Shown: one piece after another, positions 15,577-23,448 of the stretch
How the letters are laid out: every line of letters begins with the position of its first letter
Numbering within the stretch: position 1 is the stretch's first letter
Program-made: the position numbers and the translations under genes
Notes under the pieces: model-generated
What the model was told of the DNA's origin: nothing
Seen by the model: only the letters and a program-made list of their open reading frames with translations
Databases searched by the model: none
Origin: a virus
Lineage: Duplodnaviria > Caudoviricetes
Length of the DNA stretch: 24,272 nucleotides
Strand: one strand, 5' to 3'
IMG/VR virus record: IMGVR_UViG_3300040985_000790
Span: 1 to 24,272 of that record

Positions 15577-15754
15577 CATTCTCCCCTTTAAAGCTCCACC
15601 ATCTTTGATGGTTGAGTGTTCACACTGCAAAACTAAGATGCTAAAGCATTATCACTCTAACCTTACACCGTATTGTTCGTACGAGTGTGGTGCTTTAGCA
15701 CAGCCTGAGCATGTTAAAGTTGTAAAACGGGGAGAAACACTTGATCATGGTTAA
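15566..15754 (+). CDS. small Zn-finger-like protein
   Basis: GAGGTG RBS; CSHC...YCSYEC. Confidence 0.6.
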   Translation: MMNNILPFKAPPSLMVECSHCKTKMLKHYHSNLTPYCSYECGALAQPEHVKVVKRGETLDHG

Positions 15755-15821
15755 ATTTATGTTGGAACTCTATACTTTGATACTGTTTACAGCATCACTT
15801 TACGGTGTGTTCCTTTTGTAA
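15747..15821 (+). CDS. 24-aa hydrophobic peptide (MVKFMLELYTLILFTASLYGVFLL)
   Basis: GGAG upstream, 8-nt overlap with previous ORF, fills the gap; single TM-like segment. Confidence 0.4.
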   Translation: MVKFMLELYTLILFTASLYGVFLL

Positions 15822-15833
15822 AAGGAAATTGAA

Positions 15834-15974
15834 ATGAAACCACATAATTATAACAACATTCACAGGGTCTTAGACCCTTTCGCCCCTAAGGGGTACTCAT
15901 TCCTGTATAAGGATATGATCTTTAACTCATTCGTAGAGGCTAAAGCCTACGTTGAAGCATTGGAGTTGATATGA
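15834..15974 (+). CDS. 46-aa hypothetical protein (MKPHNYNNIHRVLDPF...)
   Basis: AAGGA RBS; ATGA overlap with the HD gene. Confidence 0.6.
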   Translation: MKPHNYNNIHRVLDPFAPKGYSFLYKDMIFNSFVEAKAYVEALELI

Positions 15975-16354
15975 GTGACATACACACAGCAGCTTACTTA
16001 GTAAGTAAGCACATGAGCTTGGAAGGGGTAAGGCATTCCCTCTCCGTCTATGGTTCTGTAAAGAGAACCACTGAAATAATTGAATTGGTTGCCCTTTTAC
16101 ATGACTTGGTAGAGGACACCGATGTTTCTGTAGAAACAATAGCAGGTCATTTCGGATGGCAGGTTGCCGATGCCGTTGATGCTATCTCCCGAAGGGAAGG
16201 TGAGTTGTATTTACAAGAATACATACCACGGGTTAAAAAGAACCCTCATGCCCATATCGTTAAGGTACATGACCTGAACGAGAACCTATCACGGGATGGT
16301 AAGGACTCCCTAAAGGAGAGGTACCGTAAGGCATTGGAATTGTTGAATGATTAG
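15971..16354 (+). CDS. HD-domain hydrolase, RelA/SpoT (p)ppGpp-hydrolase / MESH1-like
   Basis: 'VALLHDLVEDT', 'FG..VA.AV..IS', 'Y...V......VK.HD...NL' motifs. Confidence 0.8.
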   Translation: MSDIHTAAYLVSKHMSLEGVRHSLSVYGSVKRTTEIIELVALLHDLVEDTDVSVETIAGHFGWQVADAVDAISRREGELYLQEYIPRVKKNPHAHIVKVHDLNENLSRDGKDSLKERYRKALELLND

Positions 16355-16404
16355 GGATACACTTATAGATATACACTTTGTGTATCTATAAGATGTATCA
16401 CTTA
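16351..16404 (+). repeat. intergenic hairpin family, copy 5
   Basis: TTAG(stop)-GGAT-ACACT-N27-AGATGT-ATCA-CTTA. Confidence 0.9.
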
Positions 16405-16423
16405 AAGGAAAGGATGTGATGCG

Positions 16424-16792
16424 ATGGGAACGAATTATTATTGGTCGGAACCTGATGAAATATGTCCCACCTGTAACCACAACAGTGGTGCAAAGGAAAT
16501 ACATATAGGTAAATCAAGTGCTGGTTGGGAGTTTATGTTCCACGGTACTGCCCACCTAAAGAGTTGGTCTGCATGGAAACAATTCCTTTACCTGAATTTA
16601 GGTGAGGGTAAAATTTTAGATGAGTATGGGCAACAATATACCTATACTGAAATGGTTGCCTGTGTAGAGGATCGTAAACACCCTAAAGCATTAGCCTCTC
16701 CTTTTAAGGAGGCAGTGAAGGGTGGATATTTTAATAAAGGATATTGGATGGACCATGACGGGTACAGTTTTTGTGAAGGAGAATTTTCGTGA
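16424..16792 (+). CDS. conserved phage hypothetical protein
   Basis: 122 aa; 'MGTNYY...CPTC...HIGKSSAGW.F.F...I.DEYG' motif. Confidence 0.8.
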   Translation: MGTNYYWSEPDEICPTCNHNSGAKEIHIGKSSAGWEFMFHGTAHLKSWSAWKQFLYLNLGEGKILDEYGQQYTYTEMVACVEDRKHPKALASPFKEAVKGGYFNKGYWMDHDGYSFCEGEFS

Positions 16793-16965
16793 CAGTATAT
16801 ATACTCCAGCTTGTATGGATACTATCAAGTGGTTCATACATATTTGAATTGACCCCACCTTTTGATAAAAAGTACCAGTGTTTACATACACTTACACAAT
16901 TCGATAAGGTGATACAGTCTGGCCGTTACCAACAACTTCGTTGTATTAAAGTGAGGTTTGAATAA
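16789..16965 (+). CDS. 58-aa hypothetical protein (GTG start; VTVYILQLVWILSSG...), not in ORF track
   Basis: AAGGAG RBS; GTGA and TAATG overlaps at the two ends; hydrophobic N-terminus, two Cys. Confidence 0.7.
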   Translation: MTVYILQLVWILSSGSYIFELTPPFDKKYQCLHTLTQFDKVIQSGRYQQLRCIKVRFE

Positions 16966-17186
16966 TGGATGAAATGTTAAATGAAGTATGGCTTGTGTGT
17001 TGGACCGAGTACGGCGCACCGGACTTCGGGGTTGTCGAAGCCTATGCCTCTAAAGAGTTAGCCGAAGTGGCTTGTGATGTATGGAGCAGGGTATCCGATC
17101 AACACTATATAGTGATGCCTTGTCCTATTCGTAAAGATGTAACCCATATCCCTAAAGGAGATAGCAATGACAGATATAGTTATTAA
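16965..17186 (+). CDS. hypothetical protein
   Basis: 73 aa, GAGGT RBS; 'GVVEAYASKELAE'. Confidence 0.7.
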   Translation: MDEMLNEVWLVCWTEYGAPDFGVVEAYASKELAEVACDVWSRVSDQHYIVMPCPIRKDVTHIPKGDSNDRYSY

Positions 17187-17442
17187 TAAATGTTATGGTG
17201 GCTTCAATCTTTCTATAGAAGGGCGGGATTATTACAATAAATTAGCAGGGAAGTCAGAGGACTACTGTTGGGATATAAATCGTGATGATCCTCACCTTGT
17301 GGAAACCGTGAGGTCTTTAGGAGAGGCGGCGAATGGAATGTGTGCTGACCTAATAGTAGTCACCATCCCTGATGATGTGAAGTGGCACATTGATGACTAT
17401 GATGGTATAGAAACCATCCATGAAAACCATAGGAGTTGGTAA
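17167..17442 (+). CDS. conserved phage hypothetical protein
   Basis: 'VINKCYGGF.LS...RDDP.LV..V..LG...IDDYDG.E.IHE' widespread phage motif; AAGGAG RBS. Confidence 0.85.
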   Translation: MTDIVINKCYGGFNLSIEGRDYYNKLAGKSEDYCWDINRDDPHLVETVRSLGEAANGMCADLIVVTIPDDVKWHIDDYDGIETIHENHRSW

Positions 17443-17674
17443 ATGGAAATAGATTTAGAAGTATATCCATATGATGTTATGTCGGAACAGGATATGGAGA
17501 CATTACAAATTGATTTCTTAAACATGATGAAATTTACAGTCGAACTCTATAGAGGGGATGCAAGTAGATTACGCCGAATGAAATCCATCTTATCTAAATA
17601 TGGATTGGCTTTATCAGAAGATTGTTATCATGATATTCAACACGTTGATTGTTTAACATAGGAGTTGGTAAATG
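17428..17674. repeat. 18-bp perfect direct repeat CATAGGAGTTGGTAAATG flanking a 72-aa ORF
   Basis: 17428-17445 and 17657-17674. Confidence 0.9.
17443..17661 (+). CDS. hypothetical protein
   Basis: 72 aa, AGGAG RBS inside the repeat. Confidence 0.7.
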   Translation: MEIDLEVYPYDVMSEQDMETLQIDFLNMMKFTVELYRGDASRLRRMKSILSKYGLALSEDCYHDIQHVDCLT

Positions 17675-18343
17675 AAATACACATTGAAGCAAGCGAAGCT
17701 TGATGGGGGTAACGTGTCTAGTGGTAACACTAAGATGCCCGGTACGTCCTATGCTTTAGATGCCTTTGCCTGTAACGTAGGCAGCAGGTTACGTGACCTG
17801 TCAGGCAGCGTGTGTTCGGATTGCTATGCAATACGGATACAGAAGTTCCGTCCTAACGTAGATAAATCCTACAAATCCAATCAGGAATTGGTGGATGGTC
17901 TATCTTTAGATACCTTATCCAAGTGGGTCAGTGGTGTGGTACATCAGATAAAGAAACGTAACGTATCCCACCATAGGTGGTTGGATGCCGGTGATGTCCC
18001 GTCTGTCTTGTTCTTACAAGGGGTGATGGCAGTGTGCTTACTAACACCTGCTGTTAAGCATTGGCTCCCTACCCGTGAGTTAGGGTTAGTTAAACGGTGG
18101 CTCTCAGAAGGGGGCTATAGACCAGCCAACCTTTGTGTTAGGGTATCAGCCCCTATGGTAGGAGATAGCCCTGTACGGACAACCTCAGGCATCCTAGAGG
18201 GGGTACAGACTAGTACTGTCCATATAAAAGGGACAGAACATGAGGGAGTAGGGTGTGAAGCCTCCCTAAATGGGAACAATTGCGGTGATTGTCGTGCATG
18301 TTGGGACATTAACGTACCTAACGTATCATATCCCCGTCATTGA
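17672..18343 (+). CDS. phage GP88-family Cys-rich protein
   Basis: 'KMPG.S..L.A..C..G..L....GSVC..CYA', 'RW.DAGD', 'HWLPTRE', 'C..CRACW', C-terminal 'Y..H'. Confidence 0.75.
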   Translation: MKYTLKQAKLDGGNVSSGNTKMPGTSYALDAFACNVGSRLRDLSGSVCSDCYAIRIQKFRPNVDKSYKSNQELVDGLSLDTLSKWVSGVVHQIKKRNVSHHRWLDAGDVPSVLFLQGVMAVCLLTPAVKHWLPTRELGLVKRWLSEGGYRPANLCVRVSAPMVGDSPVRTTSGILEGVQTSTVHIKGTEHEGVGCEASLNGNNCGDCRACWDINVPNVSYPRH

Positions 18344-18414
18344 TAATTTTGATGTTCATTCCCTATAGTATAAGATACATACAGTGCTTGTGTTATTAAC
18401 AATAGGAGGTGAAC

Positions 18415-18930
18415 ATGGAATGTTCTGTAAAAAGGTGTAAACAGACTGTTAGAAGTAAAGGATTATGTCAGACGCATTATAGTCGATCATTAATATACGG
18501 TGACCCTACTGTATGTAATAGGATAGCTTCTTATGAAGGGATAGTTTGTTCTGTAGAGGGATGTGATCGCCGCCCTATTTCTAGGGGCTGGTGTGCTAAA
18601 CATTATTGGAGGTGGCAAAAATACGGGAACCCTGATGAGCCTTTAAAAAAGAATATGAATGCTACTGGATGGATCACTGTTCAAGGGTATAAAAAAATAA
18701 AAGTAGGGAAAGAATATTTCTATGAGCATAGACATTTAATATCTAAACATTTAAACCGACCTTTAAAATCACATGAAAATGTACACCATATTAATGGTAT
18801 CCGTGATGATAACCGAATAGAAAACTTAGAATTGTGGTCTACATCACAACCCTGCGGTCAACGTATTAAAGATAAAATTAAATGGGCTAAAGAATTTTTA
18901 AAAGAGTACGGGGAATATCCGAAACATTAA
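18415..18930 (+). CDS. HNH (homing) endonuclease with two N-terminal Zn-finger repeats
   Basis: two CSV..C......G.C..HY repeats; 'EHR......L.R.L...[21 protein letters not shown]'; visibly more AT-rich than neighbours; AGGAGG RBS. Confidence 0.9.
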   Translation: MECSVKRCKQTVRSKGLCQTHYSRSLIYGDPTVCNRIASYEGIVCSVEGCDRRPISRGWCAKHYWRWQKYGNPDEPLKKNMNATGWITVQGYKKIKVGKEYFYEHRHLISKHLNRPLKSHENVHHINGIRDDNRIENLELWSTSQPCGQRIKDKIKWAKEFLKEYGEYPKH

Positions 18931-19033
18931 TATGAAAATATTATTAGTAGGGGTACTCAACTTCAAGAGAAAGACAGAGAACGTATAGACTATTGGATGG
19001 ATAAGTATTATCCCTCTGTTAATTGGCAACACT

Positions 19034-19081
19034 TTAGAGAGACATAGAGTATTAATAAAATGAATACTCATGTATCTCTTA
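19034..19081 (+). repeat. intergenic hairpin family, degenerate copy 7
   Basis: TTAG-AGAG-ACAT-A-GAGTATT...AATACTC-ATGT-ATCT-CTTA, followed by AAGGAGG RBS. Confidence 0.65.
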
Positions 19082-19097
19082 TGAAGGAGGATTTGAA

Positions 19098-19472
19098 ATG
19101 AAAGTATTGATTTGTGGTGGCAGAGACTTTGATGATTACCTAAAGGTATTGGAAACCCTTGATCAAATACATGGTTTCAACCCTGAGTGTGGTGCCTGTG
19201 ACGATAACATAACTGTTATCATACACGGTGCAGCACGTGGTGCCGACACACTCGGAGGTAAATGGGCTTCCGATAGGGGGATACCAGTTGAGGTATACCC
19301 TGCCCAATGGAATAAATATGGTAAGAAAGCAGGGTTCCTTCGGAATACACAGATGCTTGAGGAAGGTCAACCAGATATGGTTGTTGCTTTTACAGGTGGA
19401 AGGGGTACAGATATGATGGTAAACCTATCAGCTAAAGCTGGAGTACAGGTGGAGGATAAACGGGATGGATAA
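19098..19472 (+). CDS. SLOG-superfamily protein (YspA/DUF2493-like)
   Basis: 'MKVLICGGRDF', 'IIHGAARGAD', 'AG..RN.QML', 'AF.GGRGT..MV'. Confidence 0.85.
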   Translation: MKVLICGGRDFDDYLKVLETLDQIHGFNPECGACDDNITVIIHGAARGADTLGGKWASDRGIPVEVYPAQWNKYGKKAGFLRNTQMLEEGQPDMVVAFTGGRGTDMMVNLSAKAGVQVEDKRDG

Positions 19473-19680
19473 ACCGAATTATGATGCCGTTTACAATGAT
19501 GATGGCTCAGAAAATTTAGATAAGACCTATGAAAGGTCTGTCTTGAATGTCCGCTACCTCTATGAGGTAAAGAAAATCCCCATCCCGATGGCGTGTAATC
19601 AGGTACAGGAGAAGATGCACCTTACATATCAGGAGAGGGAACGTCTTTATAAAGAATCGAAGGAGAAGTACGGTGACTAA
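19465..19680 (+). CDS. hypothetical protein
   Basis: 71 aa, GGAGG RBS, overlaps upstream stop. Confidence 0.7.
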   Translation: MDKPNYDAVYNDDGSENLDKTYERSVLNVRYLYEVKKIPIPMACNQVQEKMHLTYQERERLYKESKEKYGD

Positions 19681-19858
19681 AGAAATGTTTCTGACTGCAC
19701 ATGATGAATTGATTGAGGAATATATGGAAGCTAACCCTAACGTGTCTTGGGAGGAGGCAGTAGAAATATGTGCTAAACCTGCCCTTGATAGGGCTTCGGA
19801 TATGTATGCTGACCTATGTGATAGGGCGCATGATGAGTGGAAGGATGCACAATTATGA
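19673..19858 (+). CDS. acidic hypothetical protein
   Basis: 61 aa, GTG start, AAGGAG RBS. Confidence 0.7.
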   Translation: MTKEMFLTAHDELIEEYMEANPNVSWEEAVEICAKPALDRASDMYADLCDRAHDEWKDAQL

Positions 19859-20118
19859 TAGAACATAATGTTGAAAAGTGTTGGAGGGTATGGAACTCTG
19901 GTTCATCCCGACATCTGGTACATTTAGAGGGGGCTAACGCTCCATATAGTGTGAACATGAATGACATGGACACACTCAACATGGCTGCTGCTGCACCTAC
20001 TATGTTTGATTTACTTAAACGTTGTTTCGATCAAGGGTTGGTACAAAATGGGAGTACCTTAAAGGAGATTGAGGATGTCCTATTAGATGCAACTGAAGGT
20101 TATAAATACAGAGGATGA
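19855..20118 (+). CDS. hypothetical protein
   Basis: ATGA overlap; 'AAAPTMFDLLK' resembles the common phage 'LIAAAPEL' motif. Confidence 0.7.
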   Translation: MIEHNVEKCWRVWNSGSSRHLVHLEGANAPYSVNMNDMDTLNMAAAAPTMFDLLKRCFDQGLVQNGSTLKEIEDVLLDATEGYKYRG

Positions 20119-20444
20119 ATACGATGGATGCTTATAAGATAGTTGAGGTAGTGGATGGTCAAATTAAGACACTCTTTCACGGTCTTAATGGGTCACGTTC
20201 AGTCCCTAAAGGGAAGTGGTTGGAAGCCACTGAGGTGATGGGTAAGGATGGTACGTCTAAGACCAGCTACTTAACTGGTTGGCATACCCTACTGTCCTTA
20301 CAGGATGCAGAAGATTACATGACTAGCTTTACTAAACGACTTGACATACTACATATAGTACCATGTGTAATTGGTGGACGAATCAGACCCAAAGCACACT
20401 CACCCTCACCTGTATGGTTGAGCCGTTGGATAAAATTTGTTTAG
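20115..20444 (+). CDS. hypothetical protein
   Basis: 109 aa, ATGA overlap; 'AYK...TLFHG...W....Y.TGWH'. Confidence 0.75.
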   Translation: MNTMDAYKIVEVVDGQIKTLFHGLNGSRSVPKGKWLEATEVMGKDGTSKTSYLTGWHTLLSLQDAEDYMTSFTKRLDILHIVPCVIGGRIRPKAHSPSPVWLSRWIKFV

Positions 20445-20493
20445 ATAGACACTGATAGTTTCTACTCTGTAGAACTATCAGATGTCTTTCTTA
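20441..20493 (+). repeat. intergenic hairpin family, copy 6
   Basis: TTAG(stop)-ATAG-ACACT-N26-AGATGT-CTTT-CTTA. Confidence 0.9.
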
Positions 20494-20507
20494 GATAGGA
20501 GAATGTG

Positions 20508-22652
20508 ATGAAAGTATTTGGCGATAAGGTTAATGATGTTGATATGGCAGGGCTGATGGCCCAGTCTGAGTTCACCATCACCGATGGTTCCAAGATTATT
20601 GAAATGATTTTGGATAACGCATACACTGACCCGATCACCGCAACAGTACGGGAGATTGGACAGAACGCTAGTGAGGTAGACCCTGACTGGCACTTCCACT
20701 TCCCAACTATGTTGGAGCCGTTCATTGCTATCACTGACAACGGTACTGGTATGTCTAAAGAGGATGTGATTACATTCGCTTCTGGTATTGGTGCATCCAC
20801 TAAGGATGGTGACAACAGTAAGGTAGGTGGGTTCGGTATCGGGTTGAAGGTTCCCTTCACCATGTCGGATCAGTACACCCTCATCAGTAAGTTTGAGGGG
20901 ATGGAGTATTCATTCACCGCATTCAAAGATGACATGGGCAGGGCGCAGTTCATACAGAACTATGAGCGAGGGACTGATGACCCTAACGGGTTTGAGGTTA
21001 GGGTGCCGGTAGATGCCGATGACTTCGATGAAGTTAAGACCAAAGCTATAGCTGCATACCAGTACTTCGATCCCAAACCGTCCACTAACATGGACATTGA
21101 GTGGGAGGAGGCTGAGTATGATATGCAAGGTGATGATTGGGGACTGCTGACTAAGCAGGAGAATAGATACGGTTATAAGCCAGCCCTCCACCGTTCAAAG
21201 GCTATTATGGGAAACCTATGGTATCCCATTGAGAGTAGTGAAATCAGTGAGGAGTATCAAGACCAAGCGCAAGTGATTTTAGATCACGGGATAGACTTGC
21301 GGTTCCCTATCGGGGCATTGAAACTCCCGTTGTCCCGTGAAGGTATCCTCTATAATGATAACACCAAGGCGAAGATACGGGAGAAGGTGGAAGAAATAGC
21401 GCAGTTTATATTAGATGAGTTCGAAAGGACTGTATCCTCTGCCCCTTCCCTTTGGGAAGCAATGAAGCTGTATAATAATAGTTCAAGGATGGTCACCCGA
21501 CTACAACATAAAAGTATTAATGACATCACCTGTAAGGGACACGTTGTAACCAACGCTGTGAAGCTAAAGCTCCCATGTGATGCTGCCTGTTATGTGATAG
21601 ACAAAAGCCGCTTCCGCTTAAAGACCCTGAACCTACAACAACACCGTCTTAATAAACATATAGAAGATGGTACGGTTTACATAGGGTATCAGGAAAATAA
21701 GAATGTGATGGTGGTATCAGATGATACTAAACGTATACCATCCAGACTCCTATCCTATGTTAAGGAGTTTAACAAAACTGATCAAACGTACCTATTCCAA
21801 TGTGCAGAGGAGGATAAAGCTGAACTCTTCACCTATCTACAGGATGTGGTTGGGTTGCATGATGGGGTTGACTTTGATGTGGTTGTACCTGAATACAAAC
21901 TCTCTAAAGAGGAGAGGGAAAAATATAAAACAACAGTGACTAAACTAGTAACCTTCCATAACAAGCGACAAAGGCATGGGTGGCACCGGAGTGATAAAGA
22001 TCACTGGAATAAGAGTAGCCCTGTTGAGTTAGATACTAGCACTGGTATCTACATAGACCTACGGAACTACGAGCCACATGATTCAAAGTATATCACCACC
22101 ACCAACCAACTTAATAGTGTATATAAATACATGATGGATGGTGGGTTCATCCCTAAGGATGCTGTGTTGTTCGGCTGTCCCGGTAGTGTTAAGAACAAAC
22201 TGAAAGATCACACTAACTTTATCCACATAGATGAGGCCATTGACCTATGCCTTGAGGTTTACCTCCACCTAAACGAAGGTAAGGCACAGACTTATGCAAG
22301 GTATGAGGGGGTGGTGGATTTTGTGAATGATAATAATAGTTTGTTTGACAAAAGTATAGAGGTTGAAGGAAGTTTCTTCACCCTCCTGTCCAATATAAAA
22401 AGAAACTTCAAAGAAACCATCAGCAAAGCTGAAAGCTACACCACATACCAAGGTATGAAAGGTATCTCTAATGTTGTATCCCAACTAAGGGATGCAGTGG
22501 TTGTGAATGTAAGTGAAAGTTCTATTGAGGAATCAATAGAACGTAGGTTTAAGGTAAAATATCCTTTACTATCTCACATAAATATGTATAATGTTAATGA
22601 AATGGATGTACAAGAGTACATCTATATGAAGGAGAACTGTGAACATGTCTAA
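20508..22652 (+). CDS. rIIA: rIIA-like protein with N-terminal GHKL (Hsp90-like) ATPase domain
   Basis: 'Y.DPI.A.VRE...NA', 'I.DNG.GMS', 'STK', 'GGFGIG.K.PF' GHKL motifs; ~715 aa; directly upstream of rIIB. Confidence 0.85.
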   Translation: MKVFGDKVNDVDMAGLMAQSEFTITDGSKIIEMILDNAYTDPITATVREIGQNASEVDPDWHFHFPTMLEPFIAITDNGTGMSKEDVITFASGIGASTKDGDNSKVGGFGIGLKVPFTMSDQYTLISKFEGMEYSFTAFKDDMGRAQFIQNYERGTDDPNGFEVRVPVDADDFDEVKTKAIAAYQYFDPKPSTNMDIEWEEAEYDMQGDDWGLLTKQENRYGYKPALHRSKAIMGNLWYPIESSEISEEYQDQAQVILDHGIDLRFPIGALKLPLSREGILYNDNTKAKIREKVEEIAQFILDEFERTVSSAPSLWEAMKLYNNSSRMVTRLQHKSINDITCKGHVVTNAVKLKLPCDAACYVIDKSRFRLKTLNLQQHRLNKHIEDGTVYIGYQENKNVMVVSDDTKRIPSRLLSYVKEFNKTDQTYLFQCAEEDKAELFTYLQDVVGLHDGVDFDVVVPEYKLSKEEREKYKTTVTKLVTFHNKRQRHGWHRSDKDHWNKSSPVELDTSTGIYIDLRNYEPHDSKYITTTNQLNSVYKYMMDGGFIPKDAVLFGCPGSVKNKLKDHTNFIHIDEAIDLCLEVYLHLNEGKAQTYARYEGVVDFVNDNNSLFDKSIEVEGSFFTLLSNIKRNFKETISKAESYTTYQGMKGISNVVSQLRDAVVVNVSESSIEESIERRFKVKYPLLSHINMYNVNEMDVQEYIYMKENCEHV

Positions 22653-23436
22653 CCAATATCAAGGTCACATCGTGACATCAAACCTCATCACCATCATTAC
22701 GGATGATGACACACTCACCGTACCTGCATCCCATATTGCCTATGAGGCAGTGAAGGAAGCCCTCTTAACAGAGGAGTATGGTGAGGCAGTAGAGCTTGCT
22801 GATGCTACCCGTACCATCAACACCTTCGGTGAAGGTCTTGTCTATGTTCAAGAGGGTGTTGTATTCTACAACGGACATGAGATGCACAACGCATTGACCC
22901 GTAGGATCAGCAGCATGGTGCAGGAAGGGTTCAGTGTTGGACCCTTAGTAAACTTCCTTAATAACCTTATGGAGAACCCAAGTGGACGGGCAGTGAAGGA
23001 ACTCTATAGGTTCCTTGAGTGTAACCAACTCCCCATCACACCGGATGGTCATTTCCTTGCTTACAAGAATGTGAATGAGGATTATATGGATCGTCACTCA
23101 CGTACCTTTGACAACTCCGTTGGGTCTGTATGTGTGATGCCACGTAATGAAGTGATGGATGACCCCAACCAGACCTGTAGTGCTGGCCTCCACTTCTGTT
23201 CTATAGAATACCTCAAAGGATTTTGGGGTTCAGATGGTCACACTATGGTAGTGAAGATTCATCCTGCTGATGTTGTCAGCATCCCTGTTGATTACAACAA
23301 CAGTAAGGGACGGTGCTGTGCATATGAGGTTATCGCTGAACACTACGATGGTACAGAGGATACGTTGTCACACTCTAGTGTAAGCAACGTTGGATACCAT
23401 AACAAAAGGGATAGCTACGGACGCTTCGTAGCTTAA
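22645..23436 (+). CDS. rIIB: rIIB-like protein
   Basis: 'L.ENPS......LY.FL....LPIT.DG.FLAYK.V', 'M.RN.V.DD...TCS.GLH', 'VKI.P.DVVSIP.DYN..K.R.C.YEV'. Confidence 0.88.
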   Translation: MSNQYQGHIVTSNLITIITDDDTLTVPASHIAYEAVKEALLTEEYGEAVELADATRTINTFGEGLVYVQEGVVFYNGHEMHNALTRRISSMVQEGFSVGPLVNFLNNLMENPSGRAVKELYRFLECNQLPITPDGHFLAYKNVNEDYMDRHSRTFDNSVGSVCVMPRNEVMDDPNQTCSAGLHFCSIEYLKGFWGSDGHTMVVKIHPADVVSIPVDYNNSKGRCCAYEVIAEHYDGTEDTLSHSSVSNVGYHNKRDSYGRFVA

Positions 23437-23448
23437 CAACCCTGCTCT

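Noticed and set aside
18931-19047. Readthrough or extra ORF after the HNH stop (YENIISRG...)
   Set aside because: The frame stays open for 38 codons but has no start or RBS; stop codons elsewhere behave as standard code, so there is no support for recoding.
11686-20493. CRISPR array interpretation of the repeated hairpins
   Set aside because: Copies are 0.3-2.7 kb apart, separated by whole genes, and conserve structure rather than sequence; no cas genes are present.
20508-21050. Hsp90/MutL/gyrase B call for the GHKL protein
   Set aside because: Only the ATPase domain is shared; size and the adjacent rIIB gene indicate rIIA.
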